This document shows, in pieces, positions 30,296-40,995 of a stretch of DNA of 64,000 bases; positions within the stretch are counted from its first letter, which is position 1, and each line of letters starts with the position of its first letter. Under the pieces are notes generated by a model. The model was not told where the DNA came from and did no database searches. It saw nothing but the letters and a program-made list of their open reading frames with translations. Origin of the DNA: an uncultured Gemmatimonadales bacterium (lineage in GTDB: Bacteria > Gemmatimonadota > Gemmatimonadetes > Gemmatimonadales > GWC2-71-9). The stretch is taken from positions 2,496,001 to 2,560,000 of the forward strand of contig CAVUAK010000001.1 in the NCBI GenBank assembly GCA_963739455.1, in the 5' to 3' direction. The position numbers were made by a program, and so were the translations under genes.

Positions 30296-30323
30296 AGTGG
30301 CGCCTCCTCGGCGCGAACGCATG

Positions 30324-31343
30324 CTACATCGCGGCGAGGTTCCGCCAGAAGTGAGTCAGGCTGTCGGTTCCCCCGAACAACGTCGTGAAGATCGTCGAGT
30401 CCGCCAGGACAACCTGGCCGCCACGCGACGTCGTCGGCGGCATCCAGAGACACGAATTGAACTCCCGCTCACCGGCATTGGTGAATGGATGCGGACGGGA
30501 AAGGTCGATCGGCTGGCGGGCCAGGACATGGATGAGCTTCTCGTCCGCTGTCGTAACCGCGTAGTGGGGCAGGTGCATGTGGAAGTTGAAGGTGGTCACG
30601 CCCTTGAGAAGGCCGTGCGTGTCGAGGTCCCGGTTGATGGACAGCGGCGTAATCTGGTCCGGGTGTCCCTCGACCGTCGCCGGGCGCAGGCCGAACTGGT
30701 TCATCACCGGGACGTCGAGGCCCTTCATGAGGGACCGGGTGTACTGGCCGAAGCGCTGCTGCCGGGGAACCAGCTCGTCACCGTGGTGCTTGTACTCCAT
30801 TTGTCGCTGCTTGAAGTCTGAGGTCAGTCCCACGTCGTGATGCGGCGCCAGGATCAGGCAGGTGCCCTCGCGCTGCAGCCATGCGCGGATGGCATCGATC
30901 TCCTCCTGCGTCGCCTCCTGTTCCGACACCAGGTGATCCAGGCCGAACACCATCAGGGTATCGGTATCGTCCAGGATCCGCTCATCGATCGGCAGCTTGA
31001 ATCCCGCCTGGTCGATGCGCTGGTAGACCGCAACCGGCTGGCCTGTCGCCTCACCCACGATCTCCTGGAAGCTGAGGATGCTCCGGTGGAACAGCTCCAG
31101 TGTTCCCGCGATCCCCTGGAGGAAATTCATCTTGTCCCACTCAGTTGCCTCGAACCCCGGCCATCCGACCCTGCGCACTTCGGTCATGGTGGAGAACCGG
31201 TTGTCCAGCTCGACCGTGTCCCGGTTGGCTTCCCAGGGATAGCTCCAGGTCCAGTAGACGCTGAAGCGACGCTGCCCCGCTCGGTGAGGCCGCGGGACGT
31301 GATCCTGGTTGTAGGTCCGGCCAGTGCGCTTTCGGCTAGCCAT
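30324..31343 (-). CDS. hypothetical protein of the DyP operon
   Basis: Long ORF with host-like codon use, overlapping the DyP stop; His-rich motifs APHHDVG, HHGD, HMHLPH. Confidence 0.75.
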   Translation of the reverse strand: MASRKRTGRTYNQDHVPRPHRAGQRRFSVYWTWSYPWEANRDTVELDNRFSTMTEVRRVGWPGFEATEWDKMNFLQGIAGTLELFHRSILSFQEIVGEATGQPVAVYQRIDQAGFKLPIDERILDDTDTLMVFGLDHLVSEQEATQEEIDAIRAWLQREGTCLILAPHHDVGLTSDFKQRQMEYKHHGDELVPRQQRFGQYTRSLMKGLDVPVMNQFGLRPATVEGHPDQITPLSINRDLDTHGLLKGVTTFNFHMHLPHYAVTTADEKLIHVLARQPIDLSRPHPFTNAGEREFNSCLWMPPTTSRGGQVVLADSTIFTTLFGGTDSLTHFWRNLAAM

Positions 31344-32708
31344 GTCGATCGTCCTTTCCGTCGCCTTCCAGTGCCGCCAGATATCGAAGTGCCTTGAGCC
31401 CCGGGCAGGAAGAAGTAGGCGCCGCCGCGCACCGTCGTGAACGCCGGCAGGCCGGTGATCTTCCTTCGAATGGGCCGTTTCGGGATCTTGAACTCGAGGG
31501 TCCCGTCCTGGTTGCCGATGATCGGGTCCCGTTCGTTCCCGAGCTCGTGAAAATTCTTGTCGTTGACCCACACGTTCTGCGCGAATTCGAACTGGCGTAC
31601 GAGGCTGGCACAGATCACGAATGCAGCGATGCCGCGCTCGACGCCGTCATCGGGCGAGCCCTCCGGCAGCGCTGGCCCGTAGGTGGCGCCCCGCCGAATC
31701 ATCCTGCGGCGGTTCATGTTGGCCCCCGTATCCCGGGGATTCATTCGCCGGATGTGTGAGCCGAGCGGCACGGCGTACCCGTGCGGGTCGGCCTTGGCGT
31801 AGTTGAAGTCGTTGTTGCGCTGCTGTGTCCGCGGCGAGGGCAGGATCGTCCTTGTCCGGTGCCAGCACCAGCGGCGCTCCACTGCGCCAGCGTCCCATCA
31901 GCTTCGCCGCCACCAGTTCCTGTTCCTCGGGCGTCGCACCGTTCTGGCGCAGGAACTCGCGGAAGGCACCGACGTGTTCCTCCAGGCGCCGGTAGGCCAG
32001 GAAGCTGCCGTTCCGCGACAGCACCGTCGGGCTGCGGCAACCGCTGCGGCGGGCCCTCCTCGTCAGGATATCCCAGGATGAACTCGCCGGCCTTGAGCGG
32101 CGCACCGGTGCCGGGCGTCGGTGTCTCGCCCGATCCCTCCATCGCCGGCTGCGACATGCGGTCGCGGTAGCCGAAGTGATCGTGCGCGTAGTCGAACGGT
32201 GGCGTCGCCTCGAGGTCCAGCGTGGACAGCACCTCGACGCCCTCACAGCCGGCGACGACATCCTCGTGCATGGCCCGGCACCGTTCCCGTTCGGCCGCAT
32301 CACGGGCGAACAGGATGACGATCGCGTGCAGCTCCGGGCTCGCCAAGCCCTCCCACCCAGTGCTCCGGATGATTGGCGCCGGTATCGCCGAGCATCTCGG
32401 CCCGGGCCGCCATGCCCTGCCTGAACTCCTCGGGAAAAGTGGCCAGCGACGCCTCGTCCACGCCGAGCGCCCGGAGCCCGTTCCAGGTGAACGCGACACT
32501 CACCCAGCGCTTGTTGCTGTCGAGCGTCTCGCGGGCGGCCTGGGCCGACTGCACCGTGTCCAGCATGCGCGCCAGCCACTCCCGCCCGCGCGGCGGCGTT
32601 CGAAAGCGAGAGGAACTCGTACCGCCCGGTGAGCGCCGGCGCGCGCGTCAGCAGGATGTGCTGGATATCGTCGAATTCGAGCGCCGCAGGCTGGTCCGTC
32701 GGGCTCAT
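31336..32708 (-). CDS. DyP-type peroxidase (frameshifted in this assembly)
   Basis: DDIQ, DHFGYRDRMSQP, NGSFLAYRRLEE, GRWRSGAPL, SHIRRMNPR, IRRGATYG, GGAYFFLP. Confidence 0.85.
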
Positions 32709-33271
32709 TGCATCTGGTCGAGCATGTCGGAAAACGCCGCCTTGAGCCGAAGCGCCTTCTTGATCTCCTCGGCGCTCACAAACGGGTATTCGCCATACTC
32801 CAGGAAGCTCGGCCGCTGGTGGTCGCGCACAAACTTGATGAACGCGGGCGCGTTGGTCTTCCAGTCCTCCGGAAAGCCCTCGAGGTTCTCGAAGACGGTG
32901 TTGACCCCCAGCGAGTTGAACAGGCCGACGGCGTCCTCGGTGTACTTGTCGAAGTCGGTATCGAAGATCCCCTGGTACATGAAGTACGTGTCCTTGCCGA
33001 TATCGAAGAGCACCCAGCGCAGGTAGTGGAGCTTGAGCACGGCGAGGGCGTCCGGCAACGCGCCCACGGCGGTCTCGATCGTCTTGCCGTACTCGCGGAT
33101 CACGGCCTCACGACCCGGCTTGATCTTCGCGATGATCGTGAACCCGTAGTTGGCCGGGGTCTTCGGGAAGACCGGACCGTAGCGGCCCTGCTGCGGCTCG
33201 AAGTAGCCCTCCTTCGGGATGGCCATGGCGGAGGGCTTGGACCAGTCGGCTGGCTTGGCGGTGTCTGTCAT
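32705..33271 (-). CDS. hypothetical protein, possibly dimeric alpha-beta barrel-like
   Basis: LHYLRWVLFD, IFDTDFDKY, FENLEGFP; ATGA-coupled to DyP. Confidence 0.7.
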   Translation of the reverse strand: MTDTAKPADWSKPSAMAIPKEGYFEPQQGRYGPVFPKTPANYGFTIIAKIKPGREAVIREYGKTIETAVGALPDALAVLKLHYLRWVLFDIGKDTYFMYQGIFDTDFDKYTEDAVGLFNSLGVNTVFENLEGFPEDWKTNAPAFIKFVRDHQRPSFLEYGEYPFVSAEEIKKALRLKAAFSDMLDQMQ

Positions 33272-33305
33272 ACGTTCCTCGTACAGGTGAGGGTCCGGAG
33301 CGGAC

Positions 33306-34238
33306 CTAGAAGTGAATGGCGACGGAAATCTGGAGTGAAACTCCTTCGTAGGTCGATCGGCCCCCGAACTCATCGACAACCTTGATCCCCGTGCTTACCT
33401 GACGTGCCGGGAGGAACAGGTTGCACGCGAGACCGAGCCCGTAGACCCGGTAACGTGCCGCGATCTCCTCGGGTGTCAAGTCGGGCCCGGTCCTGGCGGT
33501 GGTTTGCCAGAGAGCGTATCCGACCGGCCCCACCTGGAGTTGGAGATCGTTCCCAAGCTGAAACCGCTGCGTCACTGAATAGTCGAGATTGAGGTTCTGG
33601 CCCGGGTGAATCCCGGTGCCCTCCTGGGTGCCATGGACCTCGTACATCAGGAATGCCGAGACGGCCGTCGCGCGGCTGCGGTTCAGGTATACCGTCTGCC
33701 CAGTCGACGCGACCCAGGTCCAGTATCCGGAACCGACGTTGTCGTTCCGGCCAGCGGTGTAGCGGCCAGTGGGTGCCAGGAAGCCCAGGGCGACGCGACT
33801 ATCGAGACGTGTCAACCGCCAGGCCAGAATGAGCGGCTGAAAAAACGAGTCGCCGAAGCCACTGCCCCCACTCACCGCTCCCAGGTCATCCGACGTGAGC
33901 GAATTGGCGGCGATCGGCAGCGTGGCCGTGGCCGAGACGTACGCTCCGCCGAGAAAGTGTGTCTGCCGGCTTACCCAAGCCACCGTGTTCATGTCCAGGA
34001 GGACCGCCTGCTGTCCGGTGGCGAGAACCTCGCCGTCTGGGCCCTTCGACTTGTCCCGCGAGTAGTAGAGGAACTGGTTGATGTAGCTCCATCCCGACGG
34101 CGGAGTCACGCCGGCGTTGACGGCGTTCATGCCGAGCGGATAGACGCCCCGTACCTGGGCGAGCAGCTGTCGGGGCCCAACGAACCATCCCAGCACTGCC
34201 AACAGGCCCGCTGGCCCCCAGCGCCTAGTCCAGTTCAT
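33306..34238 (-). CDS. SphA/phenol-MetA-pathway family outer membrane transporter
   Basis: Signal peptide, GFGD..PL.L.W, APTGRY, GPVGY..WQTT, C-terminal Phe. Confidence 0.75.
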   Translation of the reverse strand: MNWTRRWGPAGLLAVLGWFVGPRQLLAQVRGVYPLGMNAVNAGVTPPSGWSYINQFLYYSRDKSKGPDGEVLATGQQAVLLDMNTVAWVSRQTHFLGGAYVSATATLPIAANSLTSDDLGAVSGGSGFGDSFFQPLILAWRLTRLDSRVALGFLAPTGRYTAGRNDNVGSGYWTWVASTGQTVYLNRSRATAVSAFLMYEVHGTQEGTGIHPGQNLNLDYSVTQRFQLGNDLQLQVGPVGYALWQTTARTGPDLTPEEIAARYRVYGLGLACNLFLPARQVSTGIKVVDEFGGRSTYEGVSLQISVAIHF

Positions 34239-34266
34239 TGTCGGCTCTTGGCATGTGCAGCAGGGA

Positions 34267-34752
34267 CTACAGGCGGAGGAACCGCTTCAACCAGGCGGTC
34301 CACGGTTCCCTGACGCTGGGAAGCTGGTGCTCCGGATACCCTGTTCCCGTCACGTGAACTTGGTAGAGGACGGAGGCCTCGCCTGCAGGAACAGGGAATG
34401 CGACGGGCTGATGAAGCAGAAGGCCGCGGATCAGGAAGTCGAGCAGTGCGACCTCGTCCTGGTCTGTGCCCCGGCGGTAGTGAAACGAACCAGCCGTTAC
34501 GACTGCGCGGGTCACTTCGAGCTGGTTCCCGGCTCGGCGGAAATCTACCTGATAAACACCTTGCCCCGTCCAGCTGCGGTGAAAGAACAAGGAATCGCTT
34601 TCCCAGAAGATGAACCACTTGTCTTCCATCTCTCCGGGGACGAGCCCTTTGCGGAGGAGGTCGGCCTCGTCGGCCGAAAACGTGGCGGCGTAGGTGAGCG
34701 GAACCGTCGAGCCGAGGGGCACGCTTTTCCAGGAGTCGCGGGTTGCGGTCAT
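34267..34752 (-). CDS. hypothetical protein
   Basis: GLVP.EMEDKWFIFWE...FHRSWTG; GAGGA RBS. Confidence 0.65.
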   Translation of the reverse strand: MTATRDSWKSVPLGSTVPLTYAATFSADEADLLRKGLVPGEMEDKWFIFWESDSLFFHRSWTGQGVYQVDFRRAGNQLEVTRAVVTAGSFHYRRGTDQDEVALLDFLIRGLLLHQPVAFPVPAGEASVLYQVHVTGTGYPEHQLPSVREPWTAWLKRFLRL

Positions 34753-34787
34753 TGAGTCCTCGAGCTCGCTCCTCCGGGGTGACCGAT

Positions 34788-35384
34788 TTAAGAATGCAGT
34801 CTGACGCGCCGTCGCTCCGCAAGGGACGCCAGGACAGGGTGAAATGCGGCCTCGCCTTGTGGGCTGAGGTCGCGCTCTGACGGAGGCGACCGAAGGACGT
34901 CTTCCAACTCGGCAATCGAGGCCGGCCAGCGGCCCAGTGCCGCCCGGCGCTCCTCTATGGCGCGATTCCATCCCCACATTTCGTAAGCCAGCAAGAACCG
35001 CGATCGCAGCGAGTTCTCGATTGTCGCATGGTCGCCTCGTGAGGCGCGCTCGCCCGAAGGGAGGTTTCTCAGGAGCTCCACCATGTCGGCGCGCTCACAC
35101 ATCCAGGACTCAAACCTGTTCTGGGCGTCGAAACGATCTTCCAGCACCGCCATGCCGCCCCCTGCGAAATCTGTCCAGCCCCGCTGGCGCTGCGCGGCGC
35201 TGTCCACGACAAATACCGGGTTGTACAGCCATCCCAATGAGCTGCCCTCAATCGAACCGAGGAGCGCGAGTGTCGCCTGGAGAGGCGCGCCATCCGCAAG
35301 GACACACCTGCGCTTGTGGGCGTCGCAAAGCATCCGCGGCTCAGGGCCGGTCGGAGCCTCTGGCAGGCACGCAAAGCAATACAT
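34788..35384 (-). CDS. hypothetical protein
   Basis: ORF only. Confidence 0.35.
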   Translation of the reverse strand: MYCFACLPEAPTGPEPRMLCDAHKRRCVLADGAPLQATLALLGSIEGSSLGWLYNPVFVVDSAAQRQRGWTDFAGGGMAVLEDRFDAQNRFESWMCERADMVELLRNLPSGERASRGDHATIENSLRSRFLLAYEMWGWNRAIEERRAALGRWPASIAELEDVLRSPPSERDLSPQGEAAFHPVLASLAERRRVRLHS

Positions 35385-35388
35385 CTCG

Positions 35389-35766
35389 TTAATCCTGACT
35401 CGCACCCTCGCGCCGCTGTGCGATATGCCAAAGTACCCCGGAGGGATCCACCACGTACGAGACCTGCAGGCCCCACGGTTGCATCGCTGGAGCGCGTGGA
35501 GCAGGCACTCCAAACTGTCCACGCAAATCAAGACCCTCGATGTGCGCCCACCACGCGGTCAGGTCATCCACCATCAGCTGCATCATGATCTTCCCGTCCA
35601 GGTCGTCGTGATAGGAGTCTGTGAGGAGGAAGCCGCCAGAGCCACCGGCGAAGATCGTGACGTCGTCACCGTCCACGAGCTTTCTGAAGCCAAGTGCTTC
35701 ATAGAACCGGGCTGAGAGCACACGGTCCTTGCAGGGAAGAAAGGGACGAATGAGCTCTGATCCCAT
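35389..35766 (-). CDS. glyoxalase/VOC family protein
   Basis: RPFLPCKD...RFYEALGF, QPWGL...DPSGVLWHIAQ. Confidence 0.8.
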   Translation of the reverse strand: MGSELIRPFLPCKDRVLSARFYEALGFRKLVDGDDVTIFAGGSGGFLLTDSYHDDLDGKIMMQLMVDDLTAWWAHIEGLDLRGQFGVPAPRAPAMQPWGLQVSYVVDPSGVLWHIAQRREGASQD

Positions 35767-35826
35767 ACGGTGCTCCGTGGTGTGGTCAACAACTGACTGC
35801 GATCACATCGACTTCGATCAGGTAGC

Positions 35827-38609
35827 CTACTGCTTCAGCTTCGCCCGCACCTCCGTCGAACAACCCTTGCACGACCACGAGTGTCGGGGTGCCGGCCATC
35901 TCCTTCCACATGTAGTTGCGCACCATGAGAAACTGCCGGTCGTCAGGCGTGATCGCAAAAGTGCCCCCGATCGCCGATCCCGCGCGGATTCCGTCTGGGA
36001 TCGTGAACAAGACCCGCGGTGGTTCAGCCGTGAAGCGCGGACCCGGATGGATCGTCACCACATTCATTTTTCCGTTCGCTACGTAGAACAACTCGCGCCC
36101 ATTGTGCGCCCACAGTGGAGCGCTGCCTCCGCCGCTCGAGACTTGCCACTTGCCACCGCTCACATCCGGAAACGGGCGGACGAACACCTCGTTCGCACCC
36201 TGTTCGTTCGAGACGTAGGCGATCCAGCGGGAATCCGGCGACAGCGCCGCGCCCGACGCATCGGATCCCGCCGGCACGATCCTGCGCGCCAGGCTGTCCA
36301 CACCCGGTTGTGCCGCGAGAAGTTCCCTCTGTGCCGGGGCCTCTTTCTGCCTGGTTGCGCCGAGCAGGAGCCAGTGCCCGTCAGGACTCAAGGACGCGTC
36401 GGTCGGGTTGTCCTTTCCCCAGAGGAGCCGGGGTTCGCCGGCGCCGTCAATCGCCTGCTCCCAGACGTTGAACGTGTTCACCTTCCCAGTCGATTCGCTC
36501 GAGATGGGCCGGTCGGACAGAAACGTGACCGCACGGCCGTCGGGCGTCCACGCGGGCGATCGGTCCGCGCCGGCATACAGTGTGAGCCGCGACAGCGGTC
36601 CCGCGGGGACCTGCTTGATCCAGATATCGGTACCACGATCCGTCAACAGGGTGAGCGCGATGCGACGTCCGTCCGGCGACAGTGCCAGTCCCCACTCAGT
36701 CTCCATATCCATGGGCCCGTAGCTGCCGCCCGTATTCACCTGCCACGTGGAATCCACCGGCTCGACGTGCCCGGTGCGATCCACCCACACGACAACCGCA
36801 TTGGGCAGTGGGCCCGGCGCGAATTCCGGGCGCCCGAGGAGGTAGTACGCGGTTCCTTCGTGAGAGACGAGGAACCCCGGAGCCTGAATCCCGTCCAGGA
36901 TGGGCACCGGTCGCCCCGCGGGGGCGAGCGCCGAGTTGTCCCATGGCGCGGCCATGAGAGTGCCAGCGCTGGTCAGGTAGAGCAGGTGTCCGGTGGGGAT
37001 GTACCAGGCGCCGACGGCGTCCTCTACGATCAAGCGAACAGTATCCTGCCGCGCGTCGTACACGTACGCGCGGCTCGGACGACAGCTGACCGCTCCCACG
37101 CACTGCGTGAGATGGGCCGTGAACAGGACGCCGCGGGAGGAAGGAAGCGGCGAGGGTAACCACGGGAATCGCCCGTCAAGCGTCGCGGGTGACGCGATGA
37201 CCTTCGATGTGACGTCTCCGGCCCCGAGGCGGCGAAGCGCGTGGATCGAGATGTCGTAGTAGACGATCGAACCGTCTTCCAGCCATGCCCCGCGGTTGAA
37301 AAATGCGTTGACGGAATCGGCCAGCTTGAGGGAGGTGCCGCCCGTGCTTGGGATGCGCCGCAGTTGTCCGTTTGCAACGAATCCGATCCATGCTCCGTCG
37401 GGGGAGAAGAAAGGTCCCGAGCCACCTTCCGTGCCGGCCAGCGGTCGCGCGACGACCTCGTCACGGCGCTTGACGTAGAGTTGGCCAGGCCCCGTCAGCG
37501 GGCTGCGGAACACCAGGGACGCTCCGTCGGGTGAGAGCGCCGCCTCGACTGCCAGCGTAAGTCCATCGAGGGCACCGGACGCGCCAAGCGTCGTCGGATA
37601 GCGAGCGACGGACGTCGTGCGACCCGGGCGAAGCCAGCCCCAGGCGGCCAGCACGACGGTCAGCAGGGTGACGGCCAGCAGGGCAGGCAAGGCGACCCGT
37701 CGGGACGCCCCGCCGGCAGTACCCATGGCGGTGGCCGTCGCGGGCCAGGTGAAGGCCGGATTGCGAAGCGCTTCGGCAAGCGCCTTCGCGCTGTCAAAGC
37801 GGTCGGCCGGGATCTTCTCCAATGCCCTGGCGACCGCTGCCGCGACATGCGGCGGCACCGCCTTGCGCAACTCCCTGATCGGTCGGGCCACGTCCGACAC
37901 GATCTTCAGGATGATCGCCTGCACCGACGGACCGGTGTGCGGAGGGTCACCCATCAGCATTTCGTACAGGACAGCGCCGAGCGAGTAGATGTCGGAGCGG
38001 TTGGTGATATGCGTGTCCGCCGTCGCCTGCTCGGGTGACATGTAGTGCGGCGTGCCCAGCGACAACCCCGTCTCCGTCATCCGGCCGCCGGCCGCGGCGC
38101 TCACCGCCAGCGCAATGCCGAAGTCCGCGACGATACGCGCGACCGTTGCGCAGGAGGATGTTCTCGGGCTTGATGTCCCGGTGGATGACACCCTGGTCGT
38201 GCGCGTACTGCAATGCGTCCGCGACCTCGGTGGCAATGTTCACCGCCTCGTCGACGCCGAGCTGCTGCTCGCGATCGAGCTTCTCCCTGAGCGTCTCCCC
38301 TTCCACGTACGGCATGACGTAGTACAGGAGTCCCGCACCGCCGCGTCTGCCGCGGCCGTGCTGCCGCTGTCGTACAACGGCAGAATGTGCGGGTGCTGGA
38401 GTCGCGCGGTGGTCTTGATCTCCTGCAGGAACCGGTCGGCGCCGATCACGGACCCCGAGTTCGGGCCGCAGCACCTTCAGCGCCACCTTGCGGTCGTGCT
38501 TCAGGTCCTCGGCGAGGTAGACGGTGGCCATGCCGCCTTCGCCAAGGCGGCGCTCGATGCGGTAACGGTCGACGAGGGCAGCGGAGAGGCGGTCGGTGAT
38601 GTCAGCCAT
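35827..38609 (-). CDS. Ser/Thr kinase with TM and TolB/PD40 beta-propellers (frameshifted)
   Basis: GEGGMATVY, HRDIKPEN, DFG, GTPHYMSPE, repeated SPDG. Confidence 0.88.
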
Positions 38610-38653
38610 CGTTGACCAAATATTCAGCTCGCCTACCCATGCAGATCCATCTT

Positions 38654-39445
38654 CTATTCGGCTCCGAGAAAGCGCTCGACGATCTCCGGCAGCATCGGAT
38701 CGACCGCGAGCGTGTAGTGGGTGGTACCCGGCACGATGGCGAGCTGGCTTGCCGGCCTGAGTGAGCCATCGAGCCCGGCATCGCGCTGGCCACCGCCCAA
38801 CGCCTTCCAGAACTCGACCATGTGTTCCGGCCGCATGGCGTCAGCGTCCGCAAAGACCAGCAGTGTGCGAGCCTGAACCTTGGCGACGTCGGCGCTCCAA
38901 TCATAGGGGCGGCTGGTCATTTCACCGACCTTGCTGAAAAGGTTCGTCCAATCGACATCGGGATAGGCCTGGCCCAGCGGCGATGCCTTGACGCCCGGCC
39001 CGTACGTGGCGGCGTTGGCCTGCAGCTGATCGAAGGCCGCCTGCCCCTCGGGATAGAAGCCCCCCTTGCTCATCGCCCCGGACACGAGCACCAGCCGGTC
39101 CACCACGTCCGGATGGCGGATGGCCGTCTGCAGCGCGACACCGGAGCCCAGCGAGAAGCCCATGACATCGGCCTTGCCGAGGTTGAGATGGCCGATCAAA
39201 ATGGCCACATCGTCACCCAGCGTTTCAGAACGTAGTGGCCTGTCGGTATCTGGCGTCCGCCCGTGCGCCTGGAGATGGACGGCGATCACCTGCCGGCCCC
39301 TGGCCAGTGCGTCCCGGTTGTCCCCGAAGCTGTCCGGGGTGATGCCCCCGTGAAGGAGAATCAGCGGCTTGCCGGCGCCGTGCACGCTGTAGAAGATGTG
39401 CTGGCCATTGACGTCGGCAAAAGTCGCATTCGATATCGCGCTCAC
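38654..39445 (-). CDS. alpha/beta hydrolase
   Basis: LLHGG, GFSLGS, PGTTHY. Confidence 0.85.
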   Translation of the reverse strand: MSAISNATFADVNGQHIFYSVHGAGKPLILLHGGITPDSFGDNRDALARGRQVIAVHLQAHGRTPDTDRPLRSETLGDDVAILIGHLNLGKADVMGFSLGSGVALQTAIRHPDVVDRLVLVSGAMSKGGFYPEGQAAFDQLQANAATYGPGVKASPLGQAYPDVDWTNLFSKVGEMTSRPYDWSADVAKVQARTLLVFADADAMRPEHMVEFWKALGGGQRDAGLDGSLRPASQLAIVPGTTHYTLAVDPMLPEIVERFLGAE

Positions 39446-39942
39446 GTCGCGCCCAGGGTGGCGAGAAGCTCGTCCAGTTGCTCGTACGTCTGTGCCATCG
39501 CATCCGACGCCCCGTCGCCGGCGTCGAGCGCTTCCTTCGAGGGATACATCTGGCGCATGACCAGCAGCGTCTTGCCGCCCGTTTCCGCGAAGGTCACGGT
39601 CGTGATGGGGCCCTCGTCACTTTCCGCATTGGTCCAGACGAGGCGCGAGTGCGGCACTACCTCCGTGTACGTGCCGAAGAACGCCATCGTTGAGTCCCCG
39701 TGTGCGAACACCAGGCGGTATGTGCCCCCCACACGAACATCCAGTTCGCATGAAAGCAGGGACATTCCCATCCACTTCGGCACCCACCACTGCCGGAACA
39801 GCTCGGCCTTGGTCCACGCCTCCCACACGAGGCGCGCCGGCCCGTTGACAGTCCGCGTCACCACGACTTCACGCTCGGACGTCCGCTCCACCGTCGTGCG
39901 ATTCTTCATCGGGGCAACCTCAGTCTCTCTTCTTGCGTCCAT
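39442..39942 (-). CDS. SRPBCC/AHA1 family protein
   Basis: PARLVWEAWT, DVRVGGTYR. Confidence 0.85.
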   Translation of the reverse strand: MDARRETEVAPMKNRTTVERTSEREVVVTRTVNGPARLVWEAWTKAELFRQWWVPKWMGMSLLSCELDVRVGGTYRLVFAHGDSTMAFFGTYTEVVPHSRLVWTNAESDEGPITTVTFAETGGKTLLVMRQMYPSKEALDAGDGASDAMAQTYEQLDELLATLGAT

Positions 39943-40285
39943 GGACCTTCTCCTTCCGTTTTAGCTCCTCAACCACCTTGTCCAGCTCGTCGAAGCGCGC
40001 GTCCCAGAGCCGGCGGTATCTCTCGAGCCATGCAGCTTCCTCCTCCAGTCGCCGCGGGCCGAGCCGGCAGGTCCGGACGCGCCCGACCTTCTCCGTGCTG
40101 ACCAGCCCCGCCTGCTCCAGGACGCCGACATGCTTCTTCATGCCCGTGAGGGTCATGCGGAATTTGTCGGCAAGGTCCGTGATTGAGGCGTCTGAACGCC
40201 CGAGCTGCTCCAGGACCCCACGACGGGTGGCATCGGAGAGCGCGGCGAACGAGCCATCGAAGCGGGTCTGTGTATACTGAACCAT
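39920..40285 (-). CDS. ArsR/SmtB family regulator
   Basis: FAALSDATRRGVL, KHVGVLEQAGLV. Confidence 0.88.
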   Translation of the reverse strand: MVQYTQTRFDGSFAALSDATRRGVLEQLGRSDASITDLADKFRMTLTGMKKHVGVLEQAGLVSTEKVGRVRTCRLGPRRLEEEAAWLERYRRLWDARFDELDKVVEELKRKEKVHGRKKRD

Positions 40286-40301
40286 ATGGTTCAGTATACA
40301 C
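40270..40301. promoter_or_regulatory. 32-bp perfect palindrome over the ArsR start (likely autoregulatory operator)
   Basis: GTGTATACTGAACCAT/ATGGTTCAGTATACAC. Confidence 0.75.
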
Positions 40302-40347
40302 GCGCCGAAGTAGCACGCAAGGGGGAAGGGGGGCGCTGGCGGAAACG

Positions 40348-40995
40348 CTAAAGCCTGGTATTACCCGCCTGCCACTTCACGGACAGTTCTATCCCGTTGC
40401 CGATGGGCAGCAGGGACGTCTGCATCCCGGGCAACTCCCGGACGGCGGCGCGATAACGCCTGATCTCATCGCGCCACACCGCAGGCTCGATCATGTTGTC
40501 GGCGACGAGGATGCCTTCATCTGCCAGCTTCGGATAGACAGCTTTCAGGCAAGGCACATACAGATCCTTCCAGATGTCCAGCAGCACCACGTCAAAGGAG
40601 CCGGGGTCGGCAGGGATCATTTCGACCGCATCGCCCAATCGAAAGTCAACAACGCTCGACAGTCCCGCCCGCTCGATCGCCTTCCTGGCGTAGGCTTGCT
40701 TGTAGTCGGCCAGTTCCATCGTGACGAGCGACGCGCCCACCTGCCTGGCCGCATCAGCAAGAAATAGCGTTGAGTACCCGTAGCTCGTACCGAGCTCGAG
40801 GATCCGGCGTGGGCGCTTGGCAGCGACCAGGCTGTGCAGGAAGGCTCCAACTTCCGGGCCGACCGCCAGCAGGAATTCGTCGATCCGCCCGAAGAAGGCA
40901 TCTCCAAGGGCTTTCGCTTTCTCCTCCTCCTCCGCCATGCGACGTTCGTAGTCAGCAAAGACCTGGGCAACAACGGAATCGGAGAAGACGGTCAC
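40348..40995 (-). CDS. class I SAM-dependent O-methyltransferase
   Basis: ILELGTSYGYSTL, FDVVLLD, GILVADN. Confidence 0.85.
   Translation of the reverse strand: MTVFSDSVVAQVFADYERRMAEEEEKAKALGDAFFGRIDEFLLAVGPEVGAFLHSLVAAKRPRRILELGTSYGYSTLFLADAARQVGASLVTMELADYKQAYARKAIERAGLSSVVDFRLGDAVEMIPADPGSFDVVLLDIWKDLYVPCLKAVYPKLADEGILVADNMIEPAVWRDEIRRYRAAVRELPGMQTSLLPIGNGIELSVKWQAGNTRL

Noticed and set aside
8657..38609. Frameshifts in the sulfatase, fdsB, lipoprotein, hydrolase, DyP and kinase as pseudogenes or programmed frameshifting
   Set aside because: Scattered 1-nt indels in otherwise well-conserved genes, without shared slippery motifs, are best explained by long-read errors; polishing is needed to decide.
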